46,586 bases of DNA from the IMG/VR virus record IMGVR_UViG_3300018494_000026; one strand, written 5' to 3'. Below the pieces are notes generated by a model. The model did no database searches, was not told where the DNA came from, and worked only from the letters and a program-made list of their open reading frames with translations. Source of the stretch: a virus. Below are positions 25,640-33,016 of the stretch, piece after piece. Both the position numbers and the translations under genes were made by a program. The stretch's first letter is position 1. Each line of letters opens with the position of its first letter.

Positions 25640-25668
25640 ATTCTACCATACTTTGTCCACAATGTCAA
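25640..25668 (-). promoter_or_regulatory. Leftward promoter of the repressor gene
   Basis: On the minus strand: TTGACA (25668-63), a 17-nt spacer ending in TGg, then TAGAAT (25645-40). The spacer contains an operator half-site (gtccac, 25655-60). Confidence 0.7.
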
Positions 25669-25811
25669 CATTTTCCCCAAAATTGTCCACAAAAAAGAAC
25701 AAACAAACCGATGTTATAGTGTACAAAGTGTACAAACTTTCTAAAATGTCCACAAAGTGTATTGACTAAGACAAAATGTAGTGTTATCATGTACATGTCC
25801 ACAAAGTGGAC
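25655..25811. promoter_or_regulatory. Operator array: repeated TGTCCACAA(A) sites, including the full palindrome GTCCAC-AAA-GTGGAC
   Basis: gtccac starts at 25655, 25685, 25748 and 25797. The site at 25797-25811 is the perfect palindrome gtccacaaagtggac. The related direct repeat gtgtacaaa occurs twice at 25719-25736. The sites overlap both divergent promoters. Confidence 0.7.
25762..25790 (+). promoter_or_regulatory. Rightward early promoter (cro-like gene and early operon)
   Basis: TTGACT (25762-67), a 17-nt spacer ending in TGt, then TATCAT (25785-90). It is flanked by operator sites at 25748 and 25797. Confidence 0.7.
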
Positions 25812-25831
25812 GGATGAAAGGAGAGATGTAC

Positions 25832-26071
25832 ATGGAAGACATGATGCAGATGAATCTGCGGGGTGTTATCCTGAGCCGATACAAGAGTATCGCAGAATTT
25901 TCTCGCGAAATCGGCTGGGATCAGAAAAAGACTGGACAAATTGTGAATGGGACGCGACAGCCTACTGCTGATGATATGGTAGTGATTGCTAAGGCTGCAG
26001 GGTTTGCGAACGATTGCAACCTGTTTGTCCACTTTTTTTTCCCCAACCTGTCCACAAAGTGGACTAATTAA
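25832..26071 (+). CDS. Cro-like HTH regulator
   Basis: Frame of track ORF 25781..26071. ATG 25832 lies 8 nt after GGAG. The HTH is SIAEFSREIGWDQKKTGQIVNGTRQPTADDMVVIAKAAG. Confidence 0.8.
   Translation: MEDMMQMNLRGVILSRYKSIAEFSREIGWDQKKTGQIVNGTRQPTADDMVVIAKAAGFANDCNLFVHFFFPNLSTKWTN
26050..26064. promoter_or_regulatory. Distal copy of the perfect operator palindrome at the 3' end of the cro-like gene
   Basis: gtccacaaagtggac is identical to 25797-25811. It lies inside the last codons (STKWTN*), 253 bp downstream of the proximal site. Confidence 0.6.
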
Positions 26072-26128
26072 CACGGCAGCATGAGACAAGCCAGTTTCCT
26101 CATAAGTTGACAGAAAGGGGTGGTCAGA

Positions 26129-26296
26129 ATGAAGAAGCAGGATACATACGGAGAACCTACCGTGTTTGAATATCCCAACGCGATTGTCAGGGTGTACCGC
26201 CCGATTCTGAGCGATGAGGAACAGGCGCGGAGGATGAAACAGGTTTACAAGGCGGCTGAGGAGTTGCTGAAGGACGTACATAAGGGAGGGCGGTGA
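26129..26296 (+). CDS. Small hypothetical protein (55 aa, below the ORF-track cut-off)
   Basis: My own translation gives MKKQDTYGEPTVFEYPNAIVRVYRPILSDEEQARRMKQVYKAAEELLKDVHKGGR*. The RBS is AAAGGGGTGG. The stop overlaps the next ORF. Confidence 0.55.
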   Translation: MKKQDTYGEPTVFEYPNAIVRVYRPILSDEEQARRMKQVYKAAEELLKDVHKGGR

Positions 26297-26298
26297 GA

Positions 26299-26514
26299 GT
26301 GAGAAAGATGAGATTGCCGTCGTACACTGATGACCCTGCGCGAGACTGGGACTCCTACTGTGCTTGCCAGGATGCGCTGAATGACATGTATCCACGGTGC
26401 ATTGAGTGTGACGAAACCATTGACGAGTACGCCTTTGACCTTGGGGATGGCCCGATGTGCGAGGAGTGCATGATTAGGCTGTACAGGCACCCGGTTGAGG
26501 ATTGGATGGAGTGA
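26299..26514 (+). CDS. Cys-rich small protein (zinc-ribbon-like)
   Basis: Frame of track ORF 26293..26514. GTG 26299 lies 8 nt after GGAGGG, and ATG 26308 is an alternative start. Motifs are CIECDE...CEEC. Confidence 0.6.
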   Translation: MRKMRLPSYTDDPARDWDSYCACQDALNDMYPRCIECDETIDEYAFDLGDGPMCEECMIRLYRHPVEDWME

Positions 26515-26518
26515 TGAT

Positions 26519-27313
26519 ATGAAAGATTTGAGCCTATTCAGTGGCATTGGCGCGTTTGAAAAGGCGTTGGACAACCTTGGTGTTCCGTATGACCTTGTAG
26601 GTTATTGCGAAATTGACAAGTATGCGTCCAGGTCTTATGCGGCGATCCACGGTGTTGATGAAAGCATGAACCTGGGTGACATCACGAAGGTTGATGCAGC
26701 GAAGCTACCTAAGGGCATTGATTTGGTTACATACGGTTTCCCGTGCCAGGACATCAGCATCGCCGGGAAACAGAAGGGCTTGATTGACGAAAACGGCAAG
26801 CAAACCAGAAGCGGTCTGTTCTTTGAAGCTCTGAGAATCATTGTAGAAACCCATCCCCGTGTTGCCATAGCCGAGAATGTGAAGAACCTCACAGGCAAGC
26901 GGTTTGCGGAACAGTTCAAGATTGTACTGGATTCGCTGGAAGCGGCTGGCTACAACAACTACTGGAAAGTGCTGAATTTGAAAGACTTCGGCATCCCTCA
27001 GAACCGAGAGAGGGTGTTCATCGTCAGCATCCGCAAGGACGTTGATAATGGAACGTTCAATTTCCCAAAGGGTTTCCCGCTGGAGCTACGCTTGAAGGAC
27101 ATGCTGGACGATCGGGTGGACGAACGGTACTACATTGAAGGGAAATATGAAAAAGTAACAAAAGTGAACGAATGCTATTCGATGCTTGATGGAGGAATCA
27201 TTGGTAAGATGCACGATATTTCAAGACGCGCTTACAGTGCAGATTATGTTGCTCCGTCATTGCATACTTGCGGGGGTGGTAACTTGGAACCGAAAGTAAT
27301 CATTAATAAGTAA
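26519..27313 (+). CDS. DNA (cytosine-5) methyltransferase, N-terminal subunit (motifs I-VIII plus a TRD-like segment)
   Basis: ATG 26519 (MKDLSLFSGIGAFE is motif I). GFPCQDIS is motif IV, ENV is motif VI and QNRERVF is motif VIII. The ORF ends with RRAYSADYVAPSLHTCGGG and has no motifs IX or X. Confidence 0.85.
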   Translation: MKDLSLFSGIGAFEKALDNLGVPYDLVGYCEIDKYASRSYAAIHGVDESMNLGDITKVDAAKLPKGIDLVTYGFPCQDISIAGKQKGLIDENGKQTRSGLFFEALRIIVETHPRVAIAENVKNLTGKRFAEQFKIVLDSLEAAGYNNYWKVLNLKDFGIPQNRERVFIVSIRKDVDNGTFNFPKGFPLELRLKDMLDDRVDERYYIEGKYEKVTKVNECYSMLDGGIIGKMHDISRRAYSADYVAPSLHTCGGGNLEPKVIINK

Positions 27314-27318
27314 CCTAA

Positions 27319-27371
27319 CCGGAATGATAGGCGTTTTTGATCCCAATACAAACGGGAAGGGATTGAAAACG
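27319..27371 (+). promoter_or_regulatory. Intergenic cassette copy between the two methyltransferase halves
   Basis: ccggaatgatagg is at 27319-27331. It is followed by a 13-bp stem (27332-44 / 27359-71, two G-U pairs) that ends 1 nt before GTG 27373. Confidence 0.6.
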
Positions 27372-27372
27372 A

Positions 27373-27963
27373 GTGCCAGAGATACAGAGAATTGACATTC
27401 CGCAGCTTGTAAGAGTAAGAAAGTACGAAGTTGACTGTGAAGGGCTGAAGGAATTGTTGAGAACCCACAAGCGGATTTCCGGAAAGAGCATCAGGGCATT
27501 AGCGAAAGTGTTGGGAGTGCCAACCACAATGGTTGAGCATTGGTTCAGGATGGATTCGTATTTTGCAATTCCAGATGCTGAACTGTGGGAAAACATAAAG
27601 ACTGAATTAGGGATAACGTCAACAGAATTTGATGAAACCATAATAACCTTTGAAGAAAGGCCTGGCGTTTACGAGAAGTCCGAACGGTGCTATTTCGCGG
27701 ATGGTATTGCACCAACGCTGACAAGTGCCTCGGCAGGAAAAGAAAAAATCATAGTGGAGGGAGAAACGATGCAAGATGTACGAATCCGCAAGCTGACACC
27801 GAAGGAATGCTTTCGTCTGATGGGCTTTGACGATGCGGATTATGAGAAGGCGGCAGCTGTGAACAGCAACACCCAACTTTACAAACAGGCTGGCAACTCT
27901 ATCGGAGTTCCTGTTGTTGAACACATCATCGCTGCCCTGCTTGATTGTGGCGCGTTGACCTGA
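27373..27963 (+). CDS. DNA (cytosine-5) methyltransferase, C-terminal subunit (HTH-like region, second TRD-like segment, motifs IX-X)
   Basis: RKLTPKECFRLMGF is motif IX and YKQAGNSIGVPVV is motif X. They are preceded by ERCYFADGIAPTLTSASAG. It starts at GTG in a different frame from the N-terminal half. Confidence 0.8.
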   Translation: MPEIQRIDIPQLVRVRKYEVDCEGLKELLRTHKRISGKSIRALAKVLGVPTTMVEHWFRMDSYFAIPDAELWENIKTELGITSTEFDETIITFEERPGVYEKSERCYFADGIAPTLTSASAGKEKIIVEGETMQDVRIRKLTPKECFRLMGFDDADYEKAAAVNSNTQLYKQAGNSIGVPVVEHIIAALLDCGALT

Positions 27964-27964
27964 C

Positions 27965-28016
27965 CCGGAATGACGGTAAATCACTCTGACCCCACTTAAT
28001 AGAAGAAAGTAGGGTC
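27965..28016 (+). promoter_or_regulatory. Intergenic cassette copy (variant GGAATGACGG + CACTCTGACCCC)
   Basis: ccggaatgacgg is at 27965-76 and cactctgacccc at 27982-93. gaccc pairs with gggtc at 28012-16, just before ATG 28021. Confidence 0.5.
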
Positions 28017-28020
28017 GACC

Positions 28021-28545
28021 ATGAAAGAAGGTGAGAAATTGTTTCAACTCAAAGACCTGACAGGGCAACGGTTTGGCAGATTGACGGTCATTGAACAGGC
28101 CGGGCGGACAAAAAGCCGTTCCGTATTGTGGCTCTGTCACTGTGATTGCGGCAATACCACAACGGTTATTGGGTCTCACTTGATAAGGGGCAACACGAAA
28201 TCCTGCGGTTGCTTCATGAATGAAGCGCGAGTGATTAACAACACTACGCACGGTCTGTCTGAAACGAGGCTGTACAGAACATGGCGAGCAATGAAGGCAA
28301 GATGTACTATTCCTTCGCAAAAAGGCTATGAGAACTACGGCGGCAGAGGAATCAAGGTTTGTGATGAATGGATGCACAGCTTTGAAGCATTCGCTGAATG
28401 GGCGTATGCGAACGGATACCGTGATGACATTCCAAGCAACGATTGCACGATTGACCGTATTGACAACGATGGGAACTATGAACCTTCAAATTGTCGATGG
28501 GTAGACCGGAAGGTACAGGCTAATAATCGCCGCAAACGGGCGTAA
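28021..28545 (+). CDS. Zinc-ribbon / AP2-like (IDRIDN) DNA-binding protein, possibly related to homing endonucleases
   Basis: The pattern is GRLTVI...WLCHCDCGN...SCGC, then [11 protein letters not shown]...[12 protein letters not shown]...[23 protein letters not shown]. This family is widespread in phages. No catalytic HNH motif is evident. Confidence 0.6.
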   Translation: MKEGEKLFQLKDLTGQRFGRLTVIEQAGRTKSRSVLWLCHCDCGNTTTVIGSHLIRGNTKSCGCFMNEARVINNTTHGLSETRLYRTWRAMKARCTIPSQKGYENYGGRGIKVCDEWMHSFEAFAEWAYANGYRDDIPSNDCTIDRIDNDGNYEPSNCRWVDRKVQANNRRKRA

Positions 28546-28554
28546 CTCTCTATC

Positions 28555-28602
28555 CCGGAATGATAGTGGTCGTTTCTCGCCCCAATAAACGAAGGGGAGA
28601 AA
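28555..28602 (+). promoter_or_regulatory. Intergenic cassette copy (CCGGAATGATAGt) with a weak CCCC/GGGG hairpin
   Basis: ccggaatgatag is at 28555-66. cgcccc (28079+500, i.e. 28579-83 region) pairs with ggggag (28594-99), which is the SD for ATG 28608. Confidence 0.5.
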
Positions 28603-28607
28603 TGGGC

Positions 28608-29435
28608 ATGAAAGAGTACAAGAGTTTTTTCAAAACTGTTGGCGGAAATGAAGGGGATAAATGCAAGTACAGGACGCGCTTAGATTGTTATGGATGTGGA
28701 TGCGGACACGATTGCTCCTACTGCTACGCCAAGTCGCTGCTGAGTTTCAGAGGCTTGTGGGATGCAAAAGAACCGTCTGTGGCGGACATTGACAAGATCG
28801 AACGGCGGATTGCCAAGTTAGAGCCTGGGACAATCGTCCGGCTGGGTGGCATGACGGACTGCTTTCAGCCCATCGAAGAACAAATGGGGGTGACGCTGGA
28901 AACCATTCGGCTGCTGAACATGTACAACATCGGCTATCTGATTGTCACCAAGTCTGACCTGATTTGTGAATACATGAACATTCTGCGCAAGGATTTGGCT
29001 CACATTCAGATCAGCGTGACATGGATTCCGGTGGAGAAGGCTGTCAGCACAGAGCGCAGGATCAAGGCCATTGAGAAACTGTATGATGCAGGGTTCGATG
29101 TGGCTGTCAGGCTTTCGCCATATCTTCCCCAGTTCGTGGACTTTGACAGGCTGAACAGTATCCGGTGCAACAAGATCATCGTTGAGTTCCTGCGGGTGAA
29201 CCACTGGATCAAGAAGTGGCTTCCACTGGATTACTCATCATGGACGGTGCATCACGCCGGATATGACCATCTACCGTTGGAGAAGAAGATTGAAGCCCTG
29301 GCACGGATTACTGGATTTGATGAGGTGTCTGTCTGTGAGGATGTGTCAGAACATTACGACTATTGGCGTGAGTGTGTGAACCATAACAAAGAAGATTGTT
29401 GCAATCTTAAAGTAAACGGAGGAATGAAGAAATGA
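28608..29435 (+). CDS. Radical SAM protein (SplB / COG1533-like fold pattern)
   Basis: Frame of track ORF 28560..29435, starting at ATG 28608. The CX3CX2C cluster is CGHDCSYC. The downstream pattern (RLGGMTDCFQPIEE...YLIVTKSDLI...ISVTW...RLSPYLP) resembles spore-photoproduct-lyase-like radical SAM enzymes. Confidence 0.7.
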   Translation: MKEYKSFFKTVGGNEGDKCKYRTRLDCYGCGCGHDCSYCYAKSLLSFRGLWDAKEPSVADIDKIERRIAKLEPGTIVRLGGMTDCFQPIEEQMGVTLETIRLLNMYNIGYLIVTKSDLICEYMNILRKDLAHIQISVTWIPVEKAVSTERRIKAIEKLYDAGFDVAVRLSPYLPQFVDFDRLNSIRCNKIIVEFLRVNHWIKKWLPLDYSSWTVHHAGYDHLPLEKKIEALARITGFDEVSVCEDVSEHYDYWRECVNHNKEDCCNLKVNGGMKK

Positions 29436-29584
29436 AGAAGAGCGAGATTTACCACCATTTGCAGCTTGTTGCGATGAAAGATACAGACCTGACTTACGAT
29501 GAAACGCTGGAAGTCCTGCGTGAATTGATGGCCCAGGAAGACCTGGCGAAGTTCGCTGAGGAGCAGGAGGCGGAACAGGCATGA
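29432..29584 (+). CDS. Small acidic protein (50 aa, below the ORF-track cut-off)
   Basis: My own translation gives MKKSEIYHHLQLVAMKDTDLTYDETLEVLRELMAQEDLAKFAEEQEAEQA*. It has ATGA overlaps with both neighbouring genes. Confidence 0.55.
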   Translation: MKKSEIYHHLQLVAMKDTDLTYDETLEVLRELMAQEDLAKFAEEQEAEQA

Positions 29585-29805
29585 AATCTTTCCCAAGGGG
29601 CGTTTCCTACTACACATTCGCAACGGTGGAGGTCGGATTCCCCGAAGATGATGTGTGCTGTATGCGCTGTCAACTGATGGGGACGGAGTACAAGCCTGAC
29701 AGGGAATATTGCCGCCTGACTGGTGAATATCTCCCAGCACCAAAGGATACGGTGGGCTTCAAATGCCCGTTGAAGTTTGAGGGAAAGGAGGAGTCGAATG
29801 ATTGA
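29581..29805 (+). CDS. Hypothetical Cys-containing protein
   Basis: ORF track. It is translationally coupled on both sides. Confidence 0.6.
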   Translation: MKSFPRGVSYYTFATVEVGFPEDDVCCMRCQLMGTEYKPDREYCRLTGEYLPAPKDTVGFKCPLKFEGKEESND

Positions 29806-30283
29806 ATGGAAAGTCATTCCTGGCTTTGAACAGTTCTACCAGATCAGCAACGAGGGCGATGTGTTCAGCGAACGGTCAGGCCGGATAAGAAAACCTGTGC
29901 GCAACAAGAAAAACGGTTATCTTCAGGTTGTGCTATGCGGTGAGAAACACAAGAAAACCATGTATGTACATCGGCTTGTTGCAGAGGCGTTTGTAGATAA
30001 CCCGAACGGTTACAATTTCGTGAACCACAAGGACGAAAACAAACTAAACTGCAACGCTTCCAATCTGGAATGGTGTACGCAAGAGTATAACAACACCTAC
30101 AACGGCAAGACACAACGGTGTTGTAAGGGCGTTATCCAGGTTGACCCTAACACGGGCGAAGAAACACACTGGCATAGCGCACGGGAAGCGCATGAAACAG
30201 GGATCGCTCATTACAAGAATATTTCCGCCTGTTGCAGAGGACTGCGGTTTACTGCTGGCGGCTACATTTGGAGGTTTGAATAA
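29798..30283 (+). CDS. HNH homing endonuclease (NUMOD4 + HNH_3 + C-terminal DNA-binding module)
   Basis: ATG 29798 follows GGAGGAG. WKVIPGFEQFYQISNEGDVFS is the NUMOD4 region. HRLVAEAFVDNP...VNHKDENKLNCNASNLEWCT is the HNH_3 region. Confidence 0.85.
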   Translation: MIEWKVIPGFEQFYQISNEGDVFSERSGRIRKPVRNKKNGYLQVVLCGEKHKKTMYVHRLVAEAFVDNPNGYNFVNHKDENKLNCNASNLEWCTQEYNNTYNGKTQRCCKGVIQVDPNTGEETHWHSAREAHETGIAHYKNISACCRGLRFTAGGYIWRFE

Positions 30284-30931
30284 GTGGCTAACATCATCTG
30301 CATCATGGGTGAATCCGGCGCGGGTAAAACGACTTCCTGCCGGAATCTGAACCCAGCAACCACCTTCTACATCGACTGTGACAAGAAAGGCTTGTCCTGG
30401 AAGGGGTGGAGGAATCAGTACAACGCTGAAAACAAGAACTACTACAAGACCGATGACCAGCACAGCGTTCTGACCCTGCTGAAATCCATTGACAAGAAGC
30501 CTGAAACCAAGCACATCAAGACCGTCATTGTGGACACCCTCAACGGCTTGATGGTTGCTGACGAGATGCGGAGAAGCAAGGAAAAGGGCTTTGACAAGTG
30601 GCTTGACCTGGCCTGTGCGGTGTATGACATCATCGACTATGCGCTGACCATGCGAGATGACGTGACGGTTATCTTTGTGGCTCATACGCAGACCGACCAT
30701 GACGATAACGGCTACATGTTCACGCGAATCAAGACCAGCGGCAAGAAGCTGGACAAGATCACGCTTGAAAGCAAGTTCCCGGTTGTGCTTCATGCCAAGG
30801 TGATTGACGGCAAGCACGTTTTCGGCACGAAGGCCGACTTCTCAACCGCGAAAACGCCTCTCGGAGCATTCGAGGAAACCTATATTGATAACGACATTGC
30901 GGAAGTGCTGAAGGTACTCGCAGAATTTTAA
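30284..30931 (+). CDS. Sak4-like AAA ATPase (RecA-fold single-strand annealing/recombination protein)
   Basis: The start is GTG. Walker A is IMGESGAGKTT and Walker B-like is TVIVDTLN. It is adjacent to a DUF669-type gene. Confidence 0.75.
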   Translation: MANIICIMGESGAGKTTSCRNLNPATTFYIDCDKKGLSWKGWRNQYNAENKNYYKTDDQHSVLTLLKSIDKKPETKHIKTVIVDTLNGLMVADEMRRSKEKGFDKWLDLACAVYDIIDYALTMRDDVTVIFVAHTQTDHDDNGYMFTRIKTSGKKLDKITLESKFPVVLHAKVIDGKHVFGTKADFSTAKTPLGAFEETYIDNDIAEVLKVLAEF

Positions 30932-30945
30932 GGAGGAAAATAATT

Positions 30946-31521
30946 ATGATTCGTAAGCCTCAGAATTGGGAGAATGTTCAGGTGATGACCGACCGCGCCA
31001 AGCTGCCTGTTGGTGCGTATGTGTGTAAGGTGAAGCAGGTTGGCATTCAGCATAACGACTATGGCGATCAGCTTGCTATCTTGTTTGACATTGCAGAGGG
31101 CGAACACAAGGATTTCTACGCCCGTGATTTCCAGCAGAATCAGAATCCGAACAAGAAGTGGAAGGGCGTTATCCGCATTTGGCTTCCGAAGGATGATGGC
31201 TCTGACAAGGACGAAAAGACCAAGCGCATTTTCAAGGGCATGGTGACTTCCTTTGAGGAGAGCAATCCCGGCTACAAGTGGAATTGGGACGAATCTACTC
31301 TTGTGAACAAGGTGGTTGGTATTCTCTACCGCAATGAGGAATGGGAGTGGGAAGGAAGGACTGGTTGGAATGTGCGTCCTCTGCGCTGCATGTCTGCTGG
31401 CAAGGTTCGCAGCGGTGACTTCACCATCCCGGAGAACAAGCCCCTGCGCGGTGATGCGTATGACACTGGCTATTCTGCCCCGCAGATGATGGCTGTTGAA
31501 ACCCCGGATTTGCCGTTCTGA
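30946..31521 (+). CDS. DUF669-like ssDNA-binding protein with an SSB-type C-terminal tip
   Basis: The N-terminal pattern (LPVGAYVCKVKQVGIQ...LAILFDIAEGEHKDF) fits DUF669. The C-terminus ends in ...ETPDLPF, like the acidic D-[IL]-P-F tip of SSBs. Confidence 0.7.
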   Translation: MIRKPQNWENVQVMTDRAKLPVGAYVCKVKQVGIQHNDYGDQLAILFDIAEGEHKDFYARDFQQNQNPNKKWKGVIRIWLPKDDGSDKDEKTKRIFKGMVTSFEESNPGYKWNWDESTLVNKVVGILYRNEEWEWEGRTGWNVRPLRCMSAGKVRSGDFTIPENKPLRGDAYDTGYSAPQMMAVETPDLPF

Positions 31522-31555
31522 TTCAAAGTAAATTCCCCAAAGGTGGTGATCTCAA

Positions 31556-31900
31556 ATGGCTGTGAACAGCAAGCAGAAGGGTGCAAGATTTGAACGTCAG
31601 CTTGCCTCCCGCTTCCGGGAATACGGCTATGATGCGCGAAGGACAGCGCAGTATTGCGGAAACAGCGGCGATGCGGCAGACGTGATCGGCCTTCCTGGCA
31701 TCCATTGCGAGGCGAAACACCAGGAACGAATGCAGCTCTATGAATGGATGGCACAGGCCAAACGTGACGCGGCAGCGGGGGGCGGCAACGCCCTTCCCGC
31801 CGTGTTCCATAAGAAAAACAATGCTGAAATACTGGTCACGGTTGAACTTGACACGTTCATGCAACTGTACCGTGAATGGGAAGCTGGGCATGAGGAATGA
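31556..31900 (+). CDS. Holliday-junction resolvase-like PD-(D/E)XK nuclease
   Basis: The pattern is NSKQKGARFERQLASRFREYGYDARR...DVIGLPGIHCEAKH. Confidence 0.7.
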   Translation: MAVNSKQKGARFERQLASRFREYGYDARRTAQYCGNSGDAADVIGLPGIHCEAKHQERMQLYEWMAQAKRDAAAGGGNALPAVFHKKNNAEILVTVELDTFMQLYREWEAGHEE

Positions 31901-31903
31901 AAG

Positions 31904-32473
31904 ATGATTAAACGCAGATGCTCGTGGTGCGGGAAGTTTATGTACTTCAAACCCGGCGATAATCTCAAACTTTTCTGCTCAAAGCAGTGCCGGGACAAGG
32001 ACAGGGAAAGGAAATTCGCCAGTGAGGAAAGCGGCCCTCCGATGAAACCATTGACTGCGGAGAACATCACGGATGAAGGCTACATTGCCCTTGTAGAAGC
32101 GATTGTAAGCAGGGCAGGTGCGGACGTGAAGAACTTTAAGCCCGGTACGCAAATTCGGGTTAGTGCGGAGAAATTCTTTGAATCGGACTATTTTTCCGCA
32201 TTGACTGGACTGGACGGAGAAACAATCCTGCGGGACTTGCAGGAGCAACACAAAAACAAGAAACCTGATCCGCGTGGGAGAAAACCCCGTATGGCACGCA
32301 TCCGTCGATTGGTGCAGTGCATCGAAACGGGCGTGGTGTATAGCAGCCTCAAAGAAGCGGCTCAGGCGTACAACATCCATCCGTCCTGTATACAGTATGT
32401 GTGCAGCAAAATGCGGCACAGGGCAGCAGGGATGCATTGGCGATATGTGGAGGAAGAACATGCGACTGAATGA
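31904..32473 (+). CDS. Hypothetical protein with an N-terminal zinc ribbon and a C-terminal NUMOD1-like DNA-binding motif
   Basis: The N-terminus has CSWCGK...CSKQC. The C-terminus is VQCIETGVVYSSLKEAAQAYNIHPSCIQYVC...AAGMHWRY. Confidence 0.6.
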   Translation: MIKRRCSWCGKFMYFKPGDNLKLFCSKQCRDKDRERKFASEESGPPMKPLTAENITDEGYIALVEAIVSRAGADVKNFKPGTQIRVSAEKFFESDYFSALTGLDGETILRDLQEQHKNKKPDPRGRKPRMARIRRLVQCIETGVVYSSLKEAAQAYNIHPSCIQYVCSKMRHRAAGMHWRYVEEEHATE

Positions 32474-32792
32474 GTATCAGGTTTTAGCACAGCGGACGAT
32501 GAATCCAGATTTAACCCATGAGGAAACTTCCCGCCATGCCCTGCATGGCATGTGTGCGGAGGTAGGCGAGATTCACGGTCTGTACCAGAAGTTCTACCAG
32601 GGTCATGAGATGGACGCTGAACACGTCAAGAAAGAGGTTGGCGATCTCTTGTGGATGATTGCTGAGTTCTGCACGGTGAATGGCTGGAAGATGGGCGATG
32701 TGGCCCGGATGAACATTGACAAGCTGAAGGCCCGGTATCCTGGTGGATTTACGGCTGAAAAGAGCTTGAACAGGGCGGATGGTGATGTCTGA
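32460..32792 (+). CDS. mazG: MazG-like nucleotide pyrophosphohydrolase
   Basis: Frame of track ORF 32274..32792, starting at ATG 32460 after GGAGGAAG. The pattern is LNEYQVLAQRT...GMCAEVGEI...EVGDLLWMIAEF...NIDKLKARYP. Confidence 0.8.
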   Translation: MRLNEYQVLAQRTMNPDLTHEETSRHALHGMCAEVGEIHGLYQKFYQGHEMDAEHVKKEVGDLLWMIAEFCTVNGWKMGDVARMNIDKLKARYPGGFTAEKSLNRADGDV

Positions 32793-33016
32793 TGGACTTT
32801 GAAGAAATGATGAAGCAAGCCATGTTCAACATGGAGAACGACTTGTACGGAAGCCTGATTGCAAATGCCGTTGAGATTATGGGTGACAAGGTGGATGTGG
32901 AGGGCTACATGCTTTTTCAGTCCATTATCGCCGCTTTCAATAAGCGCGGTGTGTCTACCAGGATTCTGTTTGAAGTGATTATGGAAGTGTTCGGAAAGGG
33001 TGGTACGGATGAATAA
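32792..33016 (+). CDS. Hypothetical protein
   Basis: ORF track, with a TGATG overlap with mazG. Confidence 0.55.
   Translation: MDFEEMMKQAMFNMENDLYGSLIANAVEIMGDKVDVEGYMLFQSIIAAFNKRGVSTRILFEVIMEVFGKGGTDE

Noticed and set aside
27311-27373. Translational bypass (T4 gene 60-like hop), intron or intein joining the two methyltransferase halves
   Set aside because: I could not find matching take-off and landing codons. The 59-nt gap is too short for a self-splicing intron, and an intein would be in-frame coding. The spacer also ends with an SD-like hairpin and a start codon, which favours two separate polypeptides.
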